Below, one piece after another: positions 53,636 to 64,000 of a DNA stretch of 64,000 nucleotides. The DNA lies in NCBI RefSeq assembly GCF_006345805.1, contig NW_021833695.1, positions 1 to 64,000 of the forward strand, read 5' to 3'. Source of the DNA: Octopus sinensis. Taxonomy: Eukaryota. Positions within the stretch are counted from its first letter, which is position 1; each line of letters begins with the position of its first letter. Under the pieces are notes generated by a model, which saw only the letters and a program-made list of their open reading frames with translations, had not been told where the DNA came from and made no database searches. The translations under genes were made by a program, and so were the position numbers.

Positions 53636-54165
53636 CAGCAGCAGTAGTAGTAATATTGTCATTATTATTAAGCATAACTATTATTATTGTTATCATTATT
53701 ATTATTATTATTATTATCATCATCATTATTATTATTATTAGTAATATTATCATTATTTTTAAGCATTACTATTATTATTGTTATCATCATCATCATCATC
53801 ATTATTATTATTATTATTATTATTATAATTATTATTACTACTACTATTATTATTATTATTATTATTATTAGTAGTAGTAGTAGTAGTAGTAGTAGTTGTA
53901 GTAGTAGTAATAGTAGTAGTAGTAGTAGTAATATTGTCGTTATAAAGTATTACTATATTATTGCTATCATTATTATTATAATTATTATTATTATTATTAT
54001 TATTATCATTATTATTATTATTATTATTATTATTTTATATATTATATTATTATTATTATTACAATAATTATTACCATTATCATCAGTAGCAGTACTATTA
54101 CTAGCAGCAGCAGCAGTAGTAGTAGTAGTAGGTATAGTGGTAGTAGTAGTATAGTTGTTGTTATT
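53500..54165. repeat. (ATT/AGT/ATC)n microsatellite complex
   Basis: Direct reading. Confidence 0.9.
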
Positions 54166-54870
54166 GTAAATAATTGATCAAAATGTTATTTTATGTTTTG
54201 TTTCTTGTTCTTTTTTCGTGTTTTGATTTTTGTCCTTTTCTTTTTTATATCTATTTAAAATATCTTTGTTGTATATATTTTTGTTAGCAACAAATAACAG
54301 TTTGTTTGAGAATTCTTGTTAATTCTTCTGGATATTTTTTTTTTGTTCTTGTACATATAATTTGTTTCGTTTTGTTTTATTTTTATTTTTCTTCTTTCTG
54401 TAAATCCCCTCCCACATCCCCCTTCTCTCTCTCTCTCTCTCTCTCTTTCTTTCTATCTCTACTTCTATCTCTGTTTGTCGTTGTTGTGGTTCTTATTATT
54501 TCTACGCCATTTGTCATAATTTGCGACTTCACAAGAAATTCTGAATAAATGGTAATATTTCAGTGATTAGTTGCAATAAACTGAAGTACAGATGACCGAC
54601 AGAATGAATACGGTAATACCGTGCCGTGCCGTTATTATCACACAATCAACCAACCCAGTCTTCGAGATATTGACGTAAAATAATCTTATTACTAGGCCTC
54701 TGTGTGTGTTATGTGTCAGCCGCCATTTTTACCTCACTCTTAGTCTCTTGTTGCCTTCGTCATCGTGTGACACAATTGCTGTGTTGCTGCCGTTATTTAG
54801 ATCTTACTCATCTCTGATTATACAGACCTATGGTTAAAAGGAATGCAGCTGAATCTGTTATTAAATAGAG

Positions 54871-55605
54871 CAGTGATTCTCAAAATTTCTTTCTTTTATC
54901 TATGAACCCCTTTGATTACTGTTTCACAGTGATGGACCCAACATGCATATTTAATGTTTTATAAAAACTTCTTTCAAAATCCCTATTTTGTGTATCACAT
55001 ACATGCTCCTTCTTTTACTTGTTTCAGTCATTTGACTGCAGCTATGCTGGAGCACCGCCTTTAGTCGGATAAGTCGACCCCAGGTCTTATTCTTTGTAAG
55101 CCTAGTAGTCATTTTATAAGGCCCTATTTTGCCGAACTGCTAAGTTACGGGGACGTAAACACACCAACATCGGTTATCAAGCGATGGAGGAAGGGGACAA
55201 ACACATGCACACAAACTTAAACACCCACACCAAACACACACACACACACACACACACATATACGACGAGCGTCTTTCAGTTTCCGTCTACCAAATCCACT
55301 CACAAGGCTTTGGTCAGCCCGTGACTATACTAGAAGACACATGCCCAAGGTGCCACGCATTAGGACTGAACCCGGAACCATATGGTTGGTAAGCAAGCTA
55401 CTTACCACACAGCCACTCCTGCACCTAGGTAAAGAAACCTATTTGTATCTTGCAATACATACCAATATATACATTTAAAGCAATTTTCTTTCCGGAGCCC
55501 TTAAAATACTATCGTGCATCCCTAGTTTACTATTTTGTTGCATAGACCCACAAAATTCTTATATGGATGCATAGGGGCCATATGGACCCCGGTTGAGAAC
55601 TATTT
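54871..55605. mobile_element. hAT-Charlie-type MITE with a nested family-A SINE
   Basis: Termini CAGTGATTCTCAA and GGACCCCGGTTGAGAACTATT. An adjacent partial copy lies at ~55665-55820. Confidence 0.7.
55011..55425 (-). mobile_element. Family-A SINE, full length
   Basis: Reverse-complement consensus match. Confidence 0.9.
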
Positions 55606-55833
55606 GCTAAAGGATTAAAGAATTGCAACATCATCATCATCATCATCATCATCACATCATCATCATTTTCCTATCTATGGATTCCTTTGATTCCTATTTT
55701 ACTCTGATAGACCCAACATAGCCATTCAATGTTTAGAAAAAAATAGTTTTATTGGTACTTCTTTCAAAATTCCTATTTCGTTCTTCAAACATTAACTTAT
55801 GTGAATGGGTATTACAGAATATATATATATAAA

Positions 55834-56080
55834 GGCGGCGAGCTGGCAGAACCGTTAGGACGCCGGGCGAAATGCGTAGCCGTATTTCGTGTGCCGTTAC
55901 GTTCTCAGTTCAAATTCCGCCGAGGTCGACTTTGCCTTTCATCCTTTCGGGGTCGATAAATTAAGTACCAGTTAAGCACTGGGGTCGATGTAATCGTAAT
56001 CCTTTAATCCGTGTTTCCACCATTTATCTGTCCTTGTTTGTCAACCGTCATGTTTAGCCACTTGTGGGTAATAAAGAAAC
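55834..56080 (+). mobile_element. Family-B SINE, full length
   Basis: ggcggcgagctggcagaaccgttagg... tail cttgtgggtaataaagaaac. Confidence 0.9.
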
Positions 56081-56181
56081 ATATATATATATATATATAT
56101 ATGCGTGTGCGTGATTATCTGTATGCGAGCGTCTATATATAAATATATGCATGTGTATGGCGTAGTGTGTGCCTGCGTGGT

Positions 56182-56217
<36 letters not shown>

Positions 56218-57056
56218 CGTGCGTATGTGTGTATGTGAAATGACTCTTGATGAGAACTTCCGACTATGAGTTCCCAAATGTTCCGTCTACTATGCTACCA
56301 GGTTCATTGCACTCCATCGAAACCTGTATACATAAACGATGAAGAAAAATGTTCAATACAATGTACAACCAACTAGAACTAGCGAAGGTGGTGTCCTAGA
56401 ATGGCCGTAGTCCAGTGAATGAAACTGCTGGAAAGGCAAGGAAAGAGCAATAACAAGACGACCAAACCTTTGAGAGGGAGACTGAAATGACAGAAACCGG
56501 TACCAGCTTGTTAGGGAGATATTATCTGTAATTAGAGTGCCTAGAATTGTCTCGCGCTAACTCACGGAGATTGTGAGTGAAATCTGGCATACTGCCGAGA
56601 CACAGGTTTTAAGATTTCAGGCCCAGTGTTTAAGGATTGCTGTAGGCTTAATTTTTTCAGGTTCAGATTCCAAGGTACGAAGCACAATTTAGGGTTGAGG
56701 TACAACCTTCAAGGTTTGAAACAGAGTGCTCAAAAACTGATGCACATTCCCTAAGAGTTGAGTCACAACTTCAAGGGTTTCGGTACACACTTCAAGGGTT
56801 TCGGTATAGTCTTTAAGGATAAACGTGATTATATGAGCTTTATTTCTTTGGAAAATAAGAAGAGAAGAGGAAGAGATACAAAATCGACCGAGCATAAGGG
56901 ACGAAACCGTGATGGCAGGTCGATATACCACGGTGCATTTATGTTGTGTATATGGATTTTATCAACGGAAAAAACAAATCGGAAAGAACAAAAACAGGCA
57001 CAGCTGTGTCGTTAAGAAGCTCGATGGCACAACCCCGCCCTCAAAAAAAAAAAAAA

Positions 57057-57325
57057 AAGACAGAGATAAGCGAGGGGGCAACAAACAAGATGTATCAGTT
57101 TTGATGGTCAAGAAGAATGAAGAAGTCCCTGAGGTTTTGAGGTTACGTTCTTGAACAGAAGCGCTGTCTCTTTTTCTCCGCTTATTTCCTCTCTCCATCT
57201 GTTTTCTTTCTTCATTCCTATCTGTTAAAGAGCGCAGGCTCAAAACATCAACGACGTCTCCGTTCTTCCTGAGAATCAAACTAATACACATTATTTGTTG
57301 TTCCCTCATCTGTCTCTGTCACTTT
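57057..57325. mobile_element. Old fold-back PLE cassette with decayed HHRs in both arms
   Basis: Right arm CTGTTAA-A-GAGC-GCAG-GCTC-AAAA-CA-TC; left arm (reverse complement) CTGTTCA-A-GAAC-GTAA-CCTC-AAAA-CC-TC. The downstream sequences are homologous. Confidence 0.6.
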
Positions 57326-57536
57326 TCTTGAAACATGTATATATATTTGTATGTATGTATGTATGTATGTATGTATGTATGTATGTATATATGTATGTAT
57401 GTATGTATGTATATATGTATGTATGTATGTATGTATATGTGTATGCATGTATATGTATGTGTGTATTATATATTTATGTATTTATTATGTATGTATGTAT
57501 GTATAAATGTATGTATGTATGCATGTATGTATGTGT

Positions 57537-57765
57537 GAAGGCGCGTGGCTCAGTGGTTAGGGCTTCGTGAGGTTGTGAGTTCTATTCCCGGACCGGGCTG
57601 CGTGTTGTGTTCTTGAGCAAGACACTTTATTTCACGTTGCTCCAGTTCACTCAGCTGTAGAAATGAGTTGTGACGTCACTGGTGCCAAGCTGTATCGGCC
57701 TTTGCCTTTCCCTTGGGTAGCATCGGTGCCGCGGAGAGGGAAGGCTGGTATGCATGGGTGACTGC
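57537..57765 (+). mobile_element. Family-C SINE, 3' truncated
   Basis: Homologous to 3721-3960. Confidence 0.85.
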
Positions 57766-57846
57766 ACCGGTGAGGCAACTTTCCGACCACATTTCTGCCC
57801 CGGAAGGCATTCGTGACCGACGGAATCGAGCGTCGAGAGTCAAAAG

Positions 57847-57877
<31 letters not shown>

Positions 57878-57939
57878 TGTATGTATGTATGTATGTATGT
57901 ATGTATGTATGTATGTATGTATGTATGCATGTATGTATG

Positions 57940-58180
57940 TATAGGTGCAGATTTTTATGTTTTATTTTATGTATATATTGTCATGCATATAGTTGCATAT
58001 CTAGACATGCTCATATACATTTAAATGATAAACTTCTGGAAAGTTTTACAGATTTTTACAGTTCCAGTGATGGATTGGATCTGTAGTCTCCGAATTAGTT
58101 TTCTCCTTTCTAGTTTCAAGAAGTCTAATTTCTCAAGATTGGTATTTAGGTAGTGTGTTACATATCCCAGTGTCCTAATA
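57940..58180 (-). pseudogene. C-terminus and 3' UTR of an RLE-type non-LTR retrotransposon in (CATA)n
   Basis: TLGYVTHYLNTNLEKLDFLKLERRKLIRRLQIQSITGTVKICKTFQKFII* resembles the GALG...LQ...GTxKI end of RLE domains. (TATG)n on both sides. Confidence 0.6.
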
Positions 58181-58304
58181 TGTATGTATGTATCCATGTA
58201 TGTATGTATGCATGCATGCATGTATGTATGTATATATGTGCATGTGTATGTATGTATGTATGTATGATTGTAATATATGTGTGCATGCGTATGTGCGTCT
58301 TTAT

Positions 58305-58510
58305 ATCTGAGCTTATCCGCCCACAGTTTGACAAGCGATATTGGTTTGTTCATGTATCCGTTTCCTACCATTTCGGCAAAAGAAACCGATAGAATAAATA
58401 ACTGACTTAATAAATAGGTATTGGAGAAGGAGGATATTTGTTCGACTTAAACCCTTCAATCTTGTGCCACAGAATGGCCGCAGTCGAATGACTGATACAG
58501 CGTAACAGAT
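58305..58510 (+). mobile_element. Family-A SINE 3' half, diverged
   Basis: ttcggcaaaagaaaccgatagaataa...atggccgcagtcgaatgactga. Confidence 0.7.
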
Positions 58511-58850
58511 TAGAAGCTCAATTTTCAATATTTTTACGTTCATTTATATACATTGTTATAAATTACATTTCTGCCTTGATATATGCATATTTATATCCAG
58601 AACGGGTAAAATACATTGTAATCCTTGGCCCCTTTCACTTGGTGCCTTACGCATGTGATGATATTATTGTTTAATGGCTAATCCGGGACTGCGTCGTCTT
58701 CGAAATTCAGGCTTTCTGACGTACTTCGATTGTTAAAGCTCGCTGAGAGCTTTACCTCTTATAACAAGCATTATTCTACGCTGCGCTGGCCACTGGAAAC
58801 ATGAATAATACAAACTTATAAAACTCATACATGTAATTATATTTATATAC

Positions 58851-58913
<63 letters not shown>

Positions 58914-59892
58914 CACACATATGTATGTATGTGTTATATATGGATATATATATATATATATATATATAATGTGTGTGTGTGGCTATATATCTGTAGGGTA
59001 TTGTTGTTGTGTGTTGTGTATGTGTAAGTAAGAACACTCTCACAAATACTGTAATAAAAATATTACCATATTCATATGAAATACACTGTCAACGCATTAT
59101 GTACGTACATTAATGCAATCCATATACATAGGCATTTACATATATGAGTCTGTGTGTATGTGTATTATATAAATATATATATATATATACATACATATAC
59201 ATATCTATATATATGTAATATAAATAATGTATATTTATATCTCATCTTATGCACACACACACGCATATATATATGTGTGTGTATGCATGCTTGTATGTAT
59301 GTATGTATGTATGTATGTATGTATGTATGTATGCATGCATGTATGTATGTCTGTATGCATGCATGTATGTATGTATGTATGTATGTATGTATGTATGTAT
59401 GTATGTATGAATGTATGTATGTATGTATGTGTGTGTTTAAGTCCACGTGTTCTTCCATTCAGTCATGCTGAAATATAGTTTGCTGTTGTATACGCAGATC
59501 CATAAATCGATACTATGCTGATCCATTTATATAACCACTCAGCCATACATATGACCACACACACACACCACATATATATATTCACATATTGACATACATA
59601 CACACACATACCTACACTCCCATAAACCCACACATATACACATACCTCGATATATACCAATTGCCACATATATATTCATACATGCTTGTATACGTATAGA
59701 TATGCATATACACACTGATGCACACGCTCACACACACACACATGCACACGCATACACACACGCACAAGTACAAACATGCAATACGCGACCTATTTTTACA
59801 TACATACACAGAAACTCTAACACACACATACACAATCATACACACTCATACACGTATAAACAATAGAAACAGCAAACATACTTTGACACACA

Positions 59893-59926
<34 letters not shown>

Positions 59927-59929
59927 GTC

Positions 59930-60020
59930 TTTCCGTTATCTATCTATCCGTCTGTCAGTCTATCTATCTATCGATTGATCGTTCGATCTATTTATCTTTC
60001 TGTCTATCTATCTGTGTGTT

Positions 60021-60065
<45 letters not shown>

Positions 60066-60228
60066 CTGTCTGATTGTCTATCAACTTATCTATCTGTCTG
60101 CCTGTCTGTCTGTTTGTCTGTCTGCCTGTGCGTTTGTCTATCTATTTATCTATCTTTCTATCTATCTATGTATCTAACTATCTGTCTCTCCGTCTGTCTG
60201 TCTATAAATCTATCTGTTTATCTATCTG

Positions 60229-60277
<49 letters not shown>

Positions 60278-60346
60278 TTTTTATCTATCTAATTATCTAT
60301 CTATCTGTCTTGCTCTCTGTCTCTATCTATCTATCTATCTATCTAC

Positions 60347-60380
<34 letters not shown>

Positions 60381-60531
60381 GTCTATCTATCTATCTATCT
60401 ATCTGTCTGTCTGTCTGTCTGTCTGTCTATATCTGTCTGTCTGTCTGTCTCTCCGTCTGTGTGTCTGTCTGTCTATAAATCTATCTGTCTATCTATCTAT
60501 CTATTTTTTTATCTATCTATCTGTCTTGCTA

Positions 60532-60582
<51 letters not shown>

Positions 60583-60603
60583 GTATCTATCTATCTATCT
60601 ATG

Positions 60604-60674
<71 letters not shown>

Positions 60675-60675
60675 G
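59930..60675. repeat. (TCTA/TCTG/TC)n microsatellite complex
   Basis: Direct reading. Similar tracts lie at 18935-19130, 27570-27800 and 43010-43080. Confidence 0.95.
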
Positions 60676-63349
60676 AAACTCATATACTCATATAAGCTCT
60701 CACAAACACACACAAACGCCGCATTCAGAAATATATTTACATACACATACATCCAGTTACACCTTTCTTTCTCTCTCTTTCTCCCTCTCTTCCTTTCTTT
60801 CTCTCTTTCATTCCTTCTTCCCTTTTTTCTTTCTTTCTTTCCTTCTATCTTTGTGTCTCTGTCTTTGTGTCTCACTCTCTCTTTTTCTCTCTCTCTCTTA
60901 CTCTTGCACATAGACATCCCACAGCACACATATACACATAAACACACACATACAAACATGCCAATATTTCAAATACATAAGCGAATACACTCTCACAAAC
61001 GCATACACCCCGTTACTCAATCTTTCTTCCTCTTCCTTTCTCCCTCTATGTCTCTCCCTCTCTCTCTCCCCCTCTCTCTCTCCCCCTCTCTCTCTCCCCC
61101 TCTCTCTCTCTCTCTCTCTCTTTCTCACATTCCCCCTCTTCCTCTCACACACACACACACACACGCGTGCGCGCTTCTAAACATAGACACCTCACAAATA
61201 CTCAAAACGGCACACGCACGTCCAGACACAAACACATAAGCGAATACACGTTCACAAACATACACAGCCCGTTGACCCCTCTCCTTTCTCTCTCTCTCTC
61301 TCTCTCTCTTACACACAAGGCACCTCACAAACATACAGCATTCATATTTACATTGATAAAGCTACTGATGCATGGTGCAACACCAATCCTTTGATATTTC
61401 GACATAAGCACACCGAAAGTAATATAATCAATTTAAATACGAGTGTCTCTGCGGAACTCCGACGGCCATATTGCTATCACAACTACAAGTCCGACGCAGC
61501 TACTAAGAAAGGCTCAGTTTTTGCGTTTAGACGCTTAACGTAAATCCTTTAATAGCTGTTGTCGTTGTTGTTGTTGCTGCTGAAGGTCTTGTTGTTGTCA
61601 TCGTTGTTGCTGTCGTGGTCGTCGTTATTGGTGTTGTTATTGTTGTTGTTGTCGTTGTTTCTATTGCTGTTGGTTGTTAGGTGCTGTTTGTGGTCTTTTG
61701 TTTATAATAATAATAATAATAAAAAAAAAAGCAATCGTTCATTTTTTTTCACCTCTTCCTCCTCCTCCTGTTTTGACGTTACTCCTCTTTATTACTTCAT
61801 TTACTTCTTCTTCTTCTCCATCTCCTCTTCCTCTCCCTTCTTCTCTCCTTCTTTCTTTCTTCCTTCCTTCCTTCCTTCCTTCCTTCCTTTCTTCCTTCCT
61901 GTTTTATCATTCCCATTAAGTTTATATGAGTTTTATAGGTGGGTGACCGAGTCTGCTTTTCTGTCGATCGATCACTGAGGTCGTGACACCATGTGACACC
62001 ACGTGATTGGCTCTGCAGTGGAGTGAATAGTGTCTGTCCGCCGTTTAACATAACACCGTTAAATAGTTAAACCTACACATACACACATACTCAATGAGAC
62101 GAACACTGTAAGAGTACATATACCACTATAGCGACCATAGTACATACTTCCATACAAACATAAATATATATATACATAGACCGTTAATCTACACATACCG
62201 TTATACCGTTGTTCCGCTATTCGTTAGACGAACAGCAATCCGCTATCCAATCTAGGAAAGGGCTTCTGAAACAACAAAGGTGCAATATGCGTGCTAGTGT
62301 ATGCATGTGTGTTTAAGATTGTGTGTTTATGTGTGTATGTGTGTTTATGTGTGAATGTGTGAATGTGTGTGCGTGTCTGTGAGTGTTTGAATCGTGTACT
62401 GTTATGTATGTTTGGTCATGTGTATCTCCTGTGTGTGTGTTTCCACGCATGTATGTGTGTGTGTGTGTATTACGAGTATTTTGTATCTGTGTATGTGTGT
62501 GTGTGTGCGTATGTGTGTCAGAATGTGTATGCAGTGTGTAGTTTGACCAGTAAATGTTTGTGTGTGTATGCGAGTGTTTGTATGTTTGTATATGTATGTC
62601 TCAGAGTCCATTTTGTGTACATATATGTATAAGCGCTCTTGTGTGTTTCCTATTTGTGAGTGTATATGCATGTAGGTATGCATCTATGAATATTTGCGTG
62701 TGCATATTTGTGTGTGTATGTGTGTGTATGTATGTGTGTGAGCATGCGTACCTGTGAGTTCGTTTTGTATACTTTTATGCGTGTGTAGTCAAGTGTGTCT
62801 CCTGTTCAAGAGAGTGTCTCTCTCTGTGTGTATATGTGTGTTAGTGTGTTTGTGCGTGTGTATGTGTGTGTATGTGTGTGTGCGTATGTAATATGTGTAA
62901 TGTACTGTAAGCCTGGGAGTGTAAAGCTCCGCCCAATAATGTCTGTCTGTTTGGGGTGGGGGAAGAAAGGTAATGGCGTGAGGCGTGAGGCTTGGTGGGG
63001 GTTTATCAGGTTCCCTTCTGCTATTTGTGTTGTGTTTTCAGCCTACACGCTTGACTAAGTGATTTGTAGTTGTTGGACTGTCAACCGTGTGGTCGTGCGT
63101 TCAAGCCTCACCTCAATCATGCTTCTCCTTCGTCTCTCTAATCCGGTTCCAAATCAAACATCCACGAAAGTTGTGTTTATATTTGGTTTACTGTATGTTC
63201 AACGGAAGAGAAAAAACATTCCACCTGGAAGGGATACTAGTCGACCATAAGTACTATCGGCAGTTAGAACTAAACCCAGTATTGCTAGATAACAAATAAC
63301 AAATATTACAATTCAATGCCGTATTACCACAGCTACGTACAGTCTTCTA

Positions 63350-63495
63350 AACGCCACCAATTGGCAGAGTTATTAAAGCGTCGTAAGTATTGCTTTGCGG
63401 TAATCGTTCTTGATTTCTGCCCTCTATATTCAAATAATATCGAGGTCGATCTTGCCTTCATCCTTTCAGGGTCGATAGATAAATTTCCAATCCTG
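63350..63495 (+). mobile_element. Diverged family-B SINE
   Basis: cgaggtcgatcttgccttcatcctttcagggtcgata. Confidence 0.6.
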
Positions 63496-63932
63496 GTCTA
63501 ACATCAATTCTTCGCTTCCTCTGTCTCTTTTTTGGTGATTATCTCTTCCTGCTCTTCTGTAAAAAAAAAAAGTCGACTTTGATTAGATCTGGAGAGAGAA
63601 GAGATCACCCAAGTTTAAAATGCCCATACCAGGCCCCGTATAATACAACGGCGCCTCTACAATTGCACTAAGAAGGCCCATGGTTTGGCACAACGTATCT
63701 TCCTTCGTGCTTTCAGTTACTTTAATGGAGTTATGTTGCTTTGAAAGAATTTAATCAATCACATCCGTCAGGCAATTCGTTTACGATGAAAAGTAGTAAA
63801 TTGTATTTCGACATTGCCTGCAATCCTTCGAGAGCGATAAAGTACGTATTAGTTGAACACTGCGATCGATATAATCGAACATGTCCCTTTCCCAGAATAT
63901 GAGAAAAAAACTTGTTATTGCTCTCTCTCTCT

Positions 63933-63987
<55 letters not shown>

Positions 63988-64000
63988 ATATTTCCACTTT

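Overview
AT-rich eukaryotic DNA saturated with microsatellites. No host protein-coding gene is supported: nearly all ORF-track entries are translations of (TA)n, (CA)n, (TATG)n, (TAGA)n or triplet repeats. The repeat complement resembles octopus (coleoid cephalopod) intronic or intergenic DNA; this is inferred from the recognised repeat families and was not checked by search. The window holds about 30 tRNA-derived SINE copies from at least 4-5 families (labelled A-E here), three mariner relics (one full-length with TIRs), a maT/DD37D-like fragment, hAT-Charlie-type MITEs, and R4/Dong, RTE, other RLE-type and probably L1/Tx1 and CR1 LINE fragments. The most notable signal is a dense set of type I hammerhead-ribozyme (HHR) motifs. 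About 9 are recognisable and several more have decayed. Most lie in Penelope-like element (PLE) pseudo-LTR fragments beside (TA)n arrays. Six short fold-back cassettes occur, and in five the inversion point is at or beside the ribozyme. Two non-canonical cores recur in independent copies (CCGAYGA and CUGUWGA). One extended HHR sits in a GC-rich island of about 270 bp and looks like a retrozyme monomer. All ribozyme calls come from manual base-pairing and are untested.
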